Part shown: piece after piece, positions 38,508 through 50,970 of the stretch
Position numbering within the stretch: the first letter of the stretch is position 1
How the letters are laid out: each line of letters starts with the position of its first letter
Assembly (NCBI RefSeq): GCF_018350175.1
Contig: NC_058368.1
Span: forward strand, 11,718,001-11,782,000
Length of the DNA stretch: 64,000 nucleotides
Direction of reading: 5' to 3'
From: Felis catus
Lineage: Eukaryota
Notes under the pieces: generated by a model
What the model was told of the DNA's origin: nothing
Seen by the model: only the letters and a program-made list of their open reading frames with translations
Database searches by the model: none
Translations under genes and position numbers: made by a program

Positions 38508-38552
38508 CCTCTTAGTTATCTAACTCTGGAACTGTTAAAAAGTAAGGTTTAT

Positions 38553-38850
38553 CATTATGCTCAGTAAAATAAGCTAGTCATGAAAGCATGAATATTACAT
38601 GATTCCCCTTGTATGAAGTACCTACAACACTTCAAATTCATAGAAACGGAAAATAGAATGATGGTTATGAGGGACAGGGGCAAAGAAGAGGGGACTTGTT
38701 ATATTATGGGTACAGAGTCTTAGTTTTGAAAAATGAAAAAGTTCTGGAGATCTGTTTCACAACAATGGAAATAATACTTAACACTACTGAACTGTGCACT
38801 TAAAAATGGGTAAGAGGTGAATTTTATGTTTCTTACCACAATAAAAAGGT
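38553..38850 (+). mobile_element. L1MB 3' end
   Basis: AAAAAGTTCTGGAGAT...ACACTACTGAACTGTGCACTTAAAAATGG...ACCACAATAAAAA. Confidence 0.85.
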
Positions 38851-39466
38851 TTATTATATATATAATATTGATGTCATATATTATAGAATTTGTAACATAT
38901 ACATATATAACAAATTCAGTGTAGTGCATTGAAGCAACCCTGCACTACACTTCAGATTCCATTTTTCTTGTCTTCTTGCAAGTAAATCAGTATTTCCATA
39001 CATTCATAGCATTTGTTTGTGACTTACATTTTAAAAAGATAGTCAAATGTGTTTTTGAGATGGAATGAATCACATTGAAATTACTCTCTAAATTAATTGG
39101 AAGATGATGCAAGTCACTAAAAATTTCCCCCTATTTATGTACCCCTGTACAAGTCACTTAGCTTTTTGGGTCTCAGCTTCTTTATGGAAAGTGAGTTGAA
39201 AGAGGTGATCATTTCTGTGCCTTATGAACCCTAAAATTCTCAAAATGTTTTCATGGCATCTTTTTGATGTCCTTCCCTAACCAACTCTAAAGCTATATAT
39301 CTCTAAACAAACTGGTAATAAATTTTAAAAAGGCACCATCAAGTCGTTAAAGGTCTATTAGGTGCATTTTATATAACAAATTACACTTAGTTTGAGCCTA
39401 TAAAAAAAGAAGTCTCTCCTTTACAATAGGTAGAAGTAACACGAGCTTATAAAAAACACACTTGTT

Positions 39467-39688
39467 GGGGCGCCTGGGTGGCTCGGTCGGTTAAGCGTCC
39501 GACTTCGGCTCAGGTCACGATCTCGCGGTCCGTGAGTTTGAGCCCCGCATCGGGCTCTGTGCTGACAGCTCAGAGCCTGGAGCCTGTTTCAGATTCTGTG
39601 TCTCCCTCTCTCTGACCCTCCCCTGTTCATGCTTTGTCTCTCTCTGTCTCAAAAATAAATAAACGTTAAAAAAAAATTAAAAAAAAAA
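39467..39688 (+). mobile_element. Young CAN-SINE
   Basis: TSD CACACTTGTT. Confidence 0.95.
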
Positions 39689-40606
39689 ACCACACTTGTT
39701 AAATGTAGATACATATGTAGGATTAATATAATATCCACACCTTATTTGGAGAGATGATTCAGACCCTAGAAAAGAATAGGGATTGTTTTATTTTTACCCT
39801 TATTAAATAAACAAAGTGGGGTGAAAATTTTCTACAGTTTTAAATAGCATAGGCAGTACCACTATGGAGATGAAGGGTAAACTTACAGGACAAAAAAGTC
39901 ATGGGGCAAAGCAGCATGGGTGTGGGAAGTGGGGAAGAAGTGAAGAGAAATAATAACAGTGGCTAAGTAGCGGAGTCTGGTTGAGGTAGGAGTAGGCCCC
40001 TATACAGCTTCAGACTTAACCTCATCCACACTAGTGGGAGCTGCCCTGGATGCAAGACAATTAAAAGCAAAATATAAATATGAGGCTTGGGGGAGAGTCC
40101 TCATTTTTATTCCAATCCATCATCTGGCCAGATTGCTCTAGTGCTCACTATATCTAACAACATGTAACAAAATTTATTCTAAAAAAATATGCTTAAAGAA
40201 GCTCATGTATTACTATAGGTATGCTTCTGGTACTAAGTTTAGTTGCTTGCTGAGATTATGGCTAGTTCTAGTGGCTAATCACAATATTCCTTAAATTAAT
40301 TCTCATTTGCTTTCTTACATAGCTGAACCAACAATATACTTGACATAAAATATGAAATTTAGAGTAAGTCATTATTCTATATTAAAAACATGAACATAAA
40401 ATAACCACGTACATACTGTATATGTATAATACTATGTAAGTATATATGTGTGTATGCCATGTGTATATATTTAAATGCATGCACTTAAACTGGTATGAGC
40501 ATAATTCTTAACAACTTCAACAGTTGCAAAGAATACGTAATAAAACAGTGTTTGCTATTTATTACAAGTTGTTCAAAAGTAGCATTTTTGATTCCAGGGT
40601 CTATTG

Positions 40607-40901
40607 GCTGTGCTGTTCACAGCAGGAAGCCATCTGCCACATGTGCTTACAGAGCACTTGAAATATCTCTAGTGGGAATTGAGATGTGCTTTAAACGTAA
40701 AATTCACAATATGAATGAAAGAATGTAAAATATCTCATTAATATATTTTTTATATTGATGGCATGTGGAAATGACAATATTCAGATATATTATGTTACGT
40801 AAAATATTATTAAAATTAATTTCACTAGTTTCTTTTTACTTTTTAAAATTGGAAGATGTTAAATTGCATACATGGTTCACCTCATATTTCAGTTGGATAG
40901 C
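40607..40901. mobile_element. MER33-type hAT-Charlie element
   Basis: GCCACATGTG...GAGCACTTGAAAT...ATTATTAAAATTAATTTCAC...TTGGATAGCA. Confidence 0.7.
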
Positions 40902-41737
40902 ATGGATTTACAGTGTAAATAAATGCAATTTCCTTCCATTAATCAAGTGCAAGCCCATGGATTACACACACTGCTGAGTGCTGACTACGGATAAGAGTGA
41001 ATGGTCTTTGCTTTGGCTGTTCTGCCTCATATATTCAGGAATACTCAGTCAGCAGCTCAGACCTCACTCACAATGGTGACCTATGCTATTCAACTCCAAG
41101 GCAACCAAGAAGACTCTAGCAAGTGTGTATATTTATTCAAACAATATTTGATACACACACACATTTCTCTAAAGATCCAAGAACATTTTTTAGGAAGAAA
41201 AAAAGAATTTTAGTATAATGTTTGCATAGATCAGGAGTACCATTGGTTATTAGGTAGGTAAGAAGATGTTCCAGAATTCCTTAAGGAACAAAATGTACTT
41301 AACAAGATGAGACCTTTAAGACAATGTTCAAAAGAAAGCATTTTCTGTTCTTGAAGAAGAAAGTTAGAAAACTGCTTTGGCTTATGTTTGCTAGCTCTGG
41401 TATTAAGATGTACTATGAAGTAGGCAGAAGTCACCTTTCCCTAATTTTCCTTTGTGCCATACTTCCCCTTCTAGCTCTTCCCCCTGTTTGGAAATCCTAG
41501 TGCCTTTTTCAGCTCTGTCTCTCTTATTTGTCTCTTTCCATAGAAAGAGAAATAATCTTCTGTTAATGTAAGGCCAGTAGAAGGTTGGGCTCAGAGACAC
41601 ATGCAGTTTGCAGAAATTTCCCAGGTGATTTTGGGATTCTTCCACTCCACTCCTGTCGAGAACCACTGCCCTCAGATTGTAGATGAATGTGGCATTCTTC
41701 CAGGAATATTTACCTTAAAATAGGAGAGTCACAGAAG

Positions 41738-41980
41738 GGATACCTGGCTCGCTCAGTAGATAGAGCATGTGACTCTTGATTTCAGGGGCTTGAGTTCAAG
41801 CCCCATGTTGGGCATAGAGGTTACTTTTTTAAAAATAAGTAAATAAAAATAAATAAAAGGAACAGGCAAAAACAAAACAATGTTTAAGTGGTGCCTGGAT
41901 GGCTCTTGATCTTGGGGTCGTGAGTTTGAGCCCCATGTTAGGCGTAGAGTTTACTTAAATATTTTTTAAAATAAAAATAA
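41738..41980 (+). mobile_element. Two short, old-type carnivore SINEs
   Basis: GACTCTTGAT...GAGTTCAAGCCCCATGTTGGGCATAGAG pattern twice, each with an AATAAA tail. Confidence 0.8.
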
Positions 41981-42544
41981 AGAAGGTCACAGAATAGGCA
42001 CAATGCTTAATACAAGGAATTAATCATGGAGGGGGGAATTCTAGGCACCAGAAGCTGAGTTTTGGCTGAGGGTGGAGGACAAGAACCTCTATGCTATCTT
42101 TCCATGGTGGCTGCATTGTGAATAAGGGTCTGACTTCAGGGTTTTGGAGAAGATTGCTTCATCCATCATCTGATTGCGTAATGCCTAAACATCACAAAGC
42201 TAATTTCTACGGGGCTTAGTCTCTGCTAATTGATACCTATGGGCTAGTGGGTTACCTTTTGTAGGTAACACAAACACATTTCAACGTGTTTTCTGAAGAT
42301 CCAATACCTTAACCCAAAGAATTAATTAGTTGGAATTTCTGCACGTTTGTAGGCTGGCAGGGATCATATTTTTCAGATTGACTGGCCTTTGGGATGTACT
42401 TTGAATTACACAGAATAAATAGCACCCCATATCTAGGTAGGGCCCAGCCTTCTAATTTACTGACTATATTTAGATGCTTCTGGAATGAAATGATGACTGT
42501 GAAAGTAAAATAATACACTTACTCTTTTTTTAAAAAAAAATATT

Positions 42545-42715
42545 ATTTTTGAGAGGGAGAGAGAGAGCAGGGGAGGGGCAGAGAGAGAGGGGGACAGAAG
42601 ATCTGTCTGTGCTGACAGCAGAGAGCCCAATGGGGGGCTCGAACTCATGAACCTTGCTTGAGATGATGACCTGAGCTGAAGTTGGACACTTAACCGACTG
42701 AGTTACCCAGGCGCA
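42545..42715 (-). mobile_element. Internally deleted CAN-SINE
   Basis: Body motifs, GA tract. Confidence 0.85.
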
Positions 42716-43311
42716 CTGATACATTTATTCTGATCAGATATTACCTTTCAGAAATTCTCTCGTTTTTTTTTTTTTCTTTTGACATGCCCATACAGTTTCT
42801 TATAGTTCAGAATACTTCCAGTGCATTTTAGGAAGTGATTCTTACATTAATTTTGCTATTCATATATTTCAATAAATATAATTGCCAACAATAAGTACTA
42901 TATTTCTAGAGGAGAACATTTATATAGCGTTCTATTTTCTTTTTAACCTGGAAATTATTTTCTTTCAAATGCCATTCATTTGAAATTCTAGACCCTCAAG
43001 AGACAATTCTCCAGCATACATCTGCTGACATACTTCCTGCAAGGTTCGTGTCCCCCAGGTAGGGTAGGGTGGGTAGTCAAGACTGTATGATTTCTGGCTT
43101 CAGGTGTGCAATAACAAAGATTTCAGAAACCATGCTCTACTGTAGTAAGGCTAGTCTAGTAGTATAGTAAAGTGTAGCAGAGGAGTACTAGGGGGCAATG
43201 TAGGCGTTTTTAGGGCATTCCTGATGTCTTCCAACTTCCTAATCCCCTTCATCTCAGCTTTAAATCCTACCAGAAGAAAAGAAAAGGTCCAGATAACCCA
43301 AATATGAGTAA

Positions 43312-43835
43312 TGTGGTAGGCAGAATAATAGCCCCAAAGATATCCATGTTGTAGTCCTCAGAACCTGTGACTAGGTTAGGTTACATGGCAAAGAGGAATC
43401 GGGGTTGCAGATCAAATTAAGGTTGCTAATCATCTGACTTTAAATTAGATGGGGGGGGGGCTTATCCTGGACTACTCAGGTGGGCCAGTATAATCACAGC
43501 GTCCTTAAAGGTGAACAAAGGAGGCAGAAAGGAGTCAGAGAGAGATGTGGCAAGGGAAACAGGGTCAGAGAGATGCTGCCATGCTGCCTGTGAAGATGGA
43601 AGAAGTGGGACACGAGCTAAGGGATGTGATCAACTTCTGGTAGCTAGAAAGGTAGGAAAATGGATTCTTCCCAAGACCCTCCAGAAAGGAATGCAGCGGA
43701 GCCACATCTTGATTTTAGCTCAGTTAACCCCCCAAGGGTCCTCAGAAGCACAGAACTGTAAGGCAATACATTTGTGTTGTTTTAAGCCACTAAGTTGGTG
43801 ATAATTCGTTACAGCAGCAGTAGAAAACTAGTACA
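43312..43835 (+). mobile_element. MLT1D-like solo LTR
   Basis: TGTGGTAGGCAGAATAAT...CCCCAAAGAT start; TGTGTTGTTTTAAGCCACTAAGTT...AAACTAGTACA end. Confidence 0.85.
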
Positions 43836-44375
43836 GCTGGTAACTGGATTTGTGGTTCTTTGTAATCAAAGATAATTCTAACCAAGTCTGTATAAAATCA
43901 GCATTTTTAAAATATGATTCCCATATAATTCCTCTTTCTCAAGGTCGGCAGCAGTGACAGGTGACTTTTAAATGGTTTATGTTCTTAACTGTCTTAAATT
44001 ATGCCATATCCTATTATATCTCTCCTGATGAACTAGAATTTTGTTGTTTTTTGGACTTCATTTTTATTAGATGAGTTTTAAGTTCACAGTAAAGTTCAGA
44101 GGAAGGTACAGAGATTTATTTACTACACACACCCTTGTCCCCACACTTAGGTATTTTTTAAAGCCCTAACACATAAGTTTATTTTTGCTTTAATACCAAT
44201 TTCATTCAGATTCCAGTTTTCCTAAAGAGTGTTGCTTTAAATGAAGGTTTTATTACAAATTTCTGGAAATCCACTTCCTGTTGTATAAAACATGGTTTCT
44301 TTTGTCAGAAACTATGCTTCTTTGAGGCCTTAAATATTTTTTCCTCTCTGTCCTAAGGGTAATTGCCAGGTCAGC

Positions 44376-44561
44376 TTTTTTTTTTTTTCTTTTTTGGAGC
44401 CAATATACATAGTTTGTTTTAAATATGAATCCAAGTTAGTTAACATATAGTGTAATAATGATTTCAGGAAAAGAATTTAGTGCTTCATCACTTACACAGA
44501 ACACCCAGTGCGCATCCCAACAAGTGTCCTCCTTAGTGCCTCGCACCCATTTAGCCCATCC
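44376..44561 (-). mobile_element. Short carnivore L1 3' end fragment
   Basis: Poly-T followed by AACACCCAGTGCGCATC...CAAGTGTCCTCCT, parallel to the young L1 3' UTR near 32010. Confidence 0.75.
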
Positions 44562-45024
44562 TGATCAACTCTTAATACACTTCCCCAAAGCTGCAGGAGG
44601 GAGGAGCCGGCACCTCCCGCAGGTGAAGGGGGTTAGAGACCTAAATGGAAGGCTCCTTCACGGTATTCAGATTATTTCTCCCTCCAATCATGACAACTGT
44701 GATAACCTAACATATGAGTGAAATGTTTTGTTACAGGTTGAACCACTGACACTCTACCCACCTGCCGCTTAAATAATTCCTCAGAATGGGAAAGGTACGG
44801 ATTAAGTAGAGACATAATACACACAGCGTAGAAAAAAAACTACTCTCCGGTATTTTGAGAATACTAGGCAAGAGTTACCAAATAAAGAGCAAAGTAGTTA
44901 ATACCCATTTCATTTACACAGCACAACGTCAGTACTCAATTTCAGTGTTTTAAAACAATATCCAACTTTTATCCCCAAAGTTAGAGATCTATAACAATTT
45001 ATGTGGTTTTCTCAAAAAGTCCAG

Positions 45025-46200
45025 GACCGCCGCAGAGGCAGAGAAATCATTGACAGCTGCGTGTCTGGCGGCCACCGCGGCCACAGCGGCGGCGGCATGC
45101 CCCCGTGGCTGCGTGCGCGCGCGACGGGGCGGGGCGGAGTCGGAGCCGGGCGCGCGCGCGCGCGGGGCCGGGGCGGGGAGAGCCCAGAGGGCCGGCGGGC
45201 GCGCGCCCGGGGCTGTCTGGTCGGCAGGGGGCGCTGCGCACCCACGCCCCGCGCTGCCTGCCCCCGGGTGCTGTCCGCGGCGGTTCGATTGGAGCAGCCG
45301 CCGAAGAGCGCTTGGCGCCATTTTGAAGCGGAGAGGAGGAGGAACGGCCGGGCTGGCTGCGGAAGGGGAGGGGGGGGGGAGGAGGCGATTGGATGCGGCG
45401 GCGGCGGCGGATCCCGGAGAGCAGCGGAGTGAGAGGAGTAGCGAGTCGGGCACCCGGAGGTAGGAAACAATTCAGTTAACGGAAAGAAAATGTCTCTCTT
45501 CTCTGGTCTCCGTGCTCCATTTTTCAGCGCCCGCCACCGCGGCAGTGTCTGTGGCGGGGCTTAAGCGCCGCCCGCCTGCCAGCCGAGAGTCGCCTCCCGG
45601 CATCGGGGGCTGCAGCCGCCGGCTCCCTGTTGGCGGCCGGGGCCGGGAGGAGTGGGGCGCGGGCCGGGGGCGTGGGTCGGGCTGCGCGGTGGGGGTGGGG
45701 AGGGCCCCGCCGCCGGCGCGCTCCCTCCATGCCGCGGGCTCAGTCGCAGCCTCTGGAAATTAAACTTGCCGCCCTGGCCCCAGCCGGGGCGCCCGCGGCG
45801 GCGGTGGCGGCGGGCGGTGACCTTGCGCGCGGGCGGGGGTCCGCGCCCCGCAGCCGGGTCGCCCGCGCCCCGCCGCCTCCGCCTCCGCCCCTCCCCCCGC
45901 GTCCCGGCCGGCCGGCGGCTGTTTCCCGGGCGGCAGGCGGGCGGCGCGGTGCTCCTGTTGAATCCTCCCGCTGGCGGGTTTTCCCCCTTCCGGGCGAGGG
46001 GTGGGGAGCGCGGGTCCGGGCTGAACCCCGGGCGGCGTGCGGGCCTCGGGCGCCTTCGCCCCTTCGCCGGGTCCCCGCGCGCCTCGCCCGCGCCGCCCAG
46101 CCCTTCGCTCCGGGCGAGGAAACGGGCTGCTAGAGTGACATTTTTGCACTGTTACTTGCCAGTCGCCGGACATAAAGCGCGCTAACCGCGCTCTCGGAGC
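45025..46200 (+). promoter_or_regulatory. PDS5B CpG-island promoter
   Basis: Very GC/CpG-rich 1.2 kb. GC boxes (GGGGCGGGGCGG at about 45126), inverted CCAAT at 45288 and 45388, YY1-type GCCATTTTG at 45317. Confidence 0.95.
45310..45459 (+). other. PDS5B: PDS5B non-coding exon 1 (start approximate); intron 1 runs to the window end
   Basis: Resembles the recalled PDS5B 5' UTR (GCGGAGAGGAGGAGGAACGG...GATTGGATGCGGCGGCGG...GAGTAGCGAGTCGG). Donor GAG|GTAGGA at 45459/45460. Divergent neighbour of N4BP2L2. No PDS5B coding sequence is visible in the window. Confidence 0.85.
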
Positions 46201-49200
46201 TGGTGCTGGGGGAACCTGAGGACCTGGTGGAGCGAGAGCGCAAGTACTGGCTGCAGAGACTCCTCCTGGGCGACAACTGGGTTCTGGCTTTCCTTTAGGA
46301 AGCCTTGGAGTTGGAGTGACAATGAAAATGGTGTGCAGTTGGAAATAGTTAGCATTTTTGCGCTGTTATCTTAGTGACACTTGAAAAGTTTTGGTCAGAA
46401 GAAAAATCTTGTATGTTGCCGCTGTTGTTTTTTGGTACGTACGTTCAAGCTGCGCCAAGCAGAAGTACAGTTATTTTGAGGGAGTGGATCTGAACCCTGA
46501 AATGCGGTGCCTCGCCTTCAGACTTGCCTTGTTACTGCCTTCCTTCCCGGGGAACGCGTAAACTCCGGGAAGGGTTTGAAAGAGCAGGTTGCTACCCTTT
46601 CAACACACGTTTTAAGAATCCTAACTAACCCAGTAAAAGAGAACCCTTTATTTTGCTTTGAAGGATGTGCTCTGAACGCTGTTTTCACACTTTTATTATT
46701 ATGAAGTGATGGATGGGCAGTGCTGTCCTGAACGACCCTACCCTTACTAGTTTCGGAAACTTGGGATACAGCCTTTAATTTCGAAGGCTGGCCATAGGTC
46801 TTTAGTGACTTGGGAGTCTTCTACTGTCTTCCTAATAAACTTTGAAAATTCAAGCGTGATTGTAAGAGCGAGCTGTAAATAAATTACACTTATTTCAAAC
46901 TTGCATGGCAATACGATCATTGTTCTCAACTGACCCCTGTAAAGTTCCAAGCTGGAGCATTTTTGGTATTAACTTACGTAATAAGTAAAATAGTTAAAAA
47001 CACAAAAATGGTATTAAGCAAAATAAGGGCTGTAAAGGACACTTTATATATGCAGCACATTTGTCAGAGATGTTAAGCATTTTTAGGGACAGTAAGATGA
47101 GCATTCCCATGGTTGTATGCAGGTCAGTTTGTGGAACAGTTAATCTTGTGTCACCTGGTGATAGCAGAAAACCTAATTAAAATTTATACCGGTGAATATG
47201 TAGGTGAAAGTTTCAACATGGGACTTATGTTAGATGTATTCTCAAAAACTTAACTATAAAAAACACATCTTAGGTCCGAACGTTATTCCTTTGAAATAAA
47301 CTTGCAAATACGTAGAGAAAAGGTGCACTTTTGACATTCTTTGATTACTGAAGTAGCTATTTTTTTTTTTGCCTTTTTTTCTTTTTCTTTTTCTTTCTTT
47401 TTTTTTTTTTTTGCTGTTTAAAAAATTACCATTTTTGCAGCTGGGTTTTACCTTAGGGGTTAAATATTTTAAATGACAAGGTGGTATTTGGATTGGTGTT
47501 TCGTTTTAAAGAACTTTTGTGCTCTTTATTATTTTCTCCTTTTTTTGAGATTGATTCTCCTTATATGAGCTTTGTTTTCACAGCAGCTTTTGTATTCTTC
47601 CTGTTGCTTTTATTCCTGTCTAATTATGTCTGTCTTTTCCCTCACTTTTTCCAGGAATTGCAGGAGATAATGTGATGACAGTGATTCTTGTCATGAGGTG
47701 TCATGAAATGTTGCTAAGGTTATTTGACAGGTAGTCTGAGCTGGCTGTTGATAGAAGTTGCTTTATTAAGTTTACTTAAAAATTGTTCTGCAGCTTTAAC
47801 AGTCACAAAGAGTAACATTTTGAGGACTTGACTTTATCGATAACTTGGTAAACCTAACAATAAAGTGATACCCTGTATTAGAACTTGCCCTGATGAGGAA
47901 TGATACTTTATGAGGAAGGGAATATTTTGGGAAGTTGTGTTTTGTTTTTGTTTTTGCTTTTCCCTCTTGAAGAATTAGGATTGTCCTTTGACTTCCTCAT
48001 TGCAACTTTTTTGATCATATGTGCCTAGAACTAACAATTTAACTGCGATTTGGCTTGGATGGCAAGTACTGTATATAAGTTAGAAAAGAATAAATTTATG
48101 TTTCCTTTGTTAGTGTTAGAGAGCTATAAAGAAACTTAAAGATGACCATCACCTTAGTTATGATATGCATGAGAAACTAGGTTCAGATTGTAATTTATCC
48201 AAGTCACAGTCATATTCATATGGTGGAATTGGGGTAACTCTTAGTTTCTCATGGAAGCTTAGAAGCTTCTATATGGTCTGTATTGTTTTGTTCAGGATTT
48301 AAGTAATATTTAAAATTCCTGCCAGATAGCATATTATTCTTCATTCCCTTCTCCATTCATTCAATCAAGAAGTAATATTTCAAGGTTAACATCTGTTTCA
48401 GAGTCTGGTTTTAATAATTTTTATCTGGCATTCAGTCCACTTAAGTTGTCTCAGAAGATAACCTTTTGCATGTCTCTTTTCTGGAGTTAGTTGATCTTTC
48501 GTTGTGCAACGTTACTTGACATGGCATTCATTTATTCTTCTTGAAACTTGTAAGCCAGGGTGATTTTGAGGTTAGTATTGAACTTTATTTTGTTATAAGA
48601 TGGATGTGTATGACTGCATTTTTTTCACTTTTAAACTCCGTTTGCTACACCAGTCATTTGTCACTTCCAGTTAAAATAGATATTTGGATAAAATTGTGTT
48701 TGGTTTGAGTATTCCTGTTTGGAAATGTTAAAAATTCCAGAAATACTTAGTTTAAAAGTAAGCCCAGTATTTTCTCTGAAAATGTATTTACTTTTGAAGC
48801 ATATTTAAGAAGCTGGCAAATGGTTCTCAGTTTTGACTCCTCAGCGTGTAGAGGTCTGCTCTTCCTCACATTATAATGTTATGAAGCTGATTATAACCAT
48901 TTTCCCCTATAAATGAAAAGGGTTTTTAGCCATTTCTCACTAGTGCAAAAATAGGGTAGGTTTGTTGCTTTGAGACTGTAATTGTTTTAGGTGGGAGGGA
49001 TGATCATGCACAGGGAGAAAATCATGAAGATTAAACTCAGATGAGCAAAATTTAGTTGCTTAAAGCCATTAATCTGAGATATTTAAACATATCCATAATA
49101 GTTATTGTGTTCTAACGACTAGGCATTAATAATAGGCAGTAATTAGAAGTGCTTAGTTTAGTTGCAAAACTTCTAAGTGGCTAAGGGGACTGGAGGAAGA

Positions 49201-50299
49201 CTGGTTAAAGCAGGAAGCATCTTTAAAGGGCCATGACCTGGAAGTACTCCTCTAACCTGCCTCTCCCTTTGACAGAGAATGCTTTAACCTGACTCAGTTA
49301 AAATGAACGAATGTTAAGCTCCCATATGCAGAGTGCCAGAGATGATGCAATTCCAAGGACTGAGATCTTGCCTTGTAGAAGTTTAGGGTACTGGTTGGCC
49401 ACCTGCACCAAGGTGGTGGGAACTGAGAACCAGACAGTAAGATCCCTGCTGTTAAGGCTTCTTTGAGTAACAATTGAGGTTGCTCTTCTTTATGTGGGAG
49501 AATGAAATTAGCCAACACTAAATATAAAACTGATAGGAAGAGGGAATGTAATAACCATAAGCATTGCCTCTTTCTAGGAGAGGATGGTTGGGGGGGTGGG
49601 CAATAGGAAATGAGAGTTTGTGGTGCTTTGGGCAGTGTAGGGATTCTTTTTCTTTTTCATCTCAGAAGTGGTTTTAGAGTGAAGAGATCTTAAAGAAAAG
49701 CCCCAGATGTATACCCAAAATCTATTTCCACAATATATCCTCTACTAGCTGAAATTCAGTCAGGCAATTTTCGTCAACCTTCTGATATGGAGATGGGGGA
49801 GGGGCTGTGTGTGGATAGTTGATGGTGAGAGTCGTGGTTAAGGTTGTGGGGCTCAGAGGACTTTAAGTAATTTTGTACTTTAGGTTAAAAGTTATACACG
49901 TCTATGATAAACATTCTGATGGCACAAAAAAGTAAAAATAAAAGCTACTTGTCCTCCCTCCCCGCCCCCCCAACAGGCAATCCACTGTTAATAGTTTCTA
50001 GAGAGTTTATTTTTCAAAAAACTTATACAAATAGTGTTATATTGTACCGTCCATTTTTTTTCAACTGCAGTTTACTTTTTTGCCTAGCTAATGTCACAGA
50101 GCAGGTTTCATATTGGCACATACAGATCAACATAATTAAAAATGATTATTTTATGAGGATGTATCGTGATTTTTTCTTTCGAGTGTTTAGATTGTAACAA
50201 TTTACACTGACCAGTGGTTTATGAGTATGCCTGTTACATGTTCACCAACATTGGACTTTATTAAACCTTATGCTTCTTGCCAATTTGATATGAAATTTA

Positions 50300-50970
50300 A
50301 ACATTTTTTTTTCTTTTAATTTTTTTTTTAACGTTTATTTATTTTTGAGACAGAGAGAGACAGAGCATGAATGGGGGAGGGGCAGAGAGAGAGGGAGCCA
50401 CAGAATCGGAAACAGGCTCCAGGCTCCGAGCCATCAGCCCAGAGCCTGACGCGGGGCTCGAACTCACGGACCGCGAGATCGTGACCTGGCTGAAGTCGGA
50501 CGCTTAACTGACTGCGCCACCCAGGCGCCCCAAAACATTTTTTTTTTTAACGTTTATTTATTTTTGGGACAGAGAGAGACAGAGCATGAACGGGGGAGGG
50601 GCAGAGAGAGAGGGAGCCACAGAATCGGAAACAGGCTCCAGGCTCCGAGCCATCAGCCCAGAGCCTGACGCGGGGCTCGAACTCACGGACCGCGAGATCG
50701 TGACCTGGCTGAAGTCGGACGCTTAACTGACTGCGCCACCCAGGCGCCCCAAAACATTTTTTTTTTTAACGTTTATTTATTTTTGGGACAGAGAGAGACA
50801 GAGCATGAACGGGGGAGGGGCAGAGAGAGAGGGAGCCACAGAATCGGAAACAGGCTCCAGGCTCTGAGCCATCAGCCCAGAGCCCGACGCGGGGCTCGAA
50901 CTCACGGACCGTGAGACCGTGACCTGAGCTGAAGTCGGACGCTTAACCGACTGAGCCACCCAGGCGCCCC
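50300..50970 (-). mobile_element. Three head-to-tail young CAN-SINEs (period 219-220 bp)
   Basis: Copies end at 50531, 50750 and 50970; outer TSD TGATATGAAATTT; identical internal junctions AAAACATTTT. Confidence 0.97.

Noticed and set aside
44989..46185. Many overlapping 130-180 aa ORFs on both strands
   Set aside because: Ala/Arg/Pro/Gly-rich products of a stop-poor CpG island; no recognisable domain
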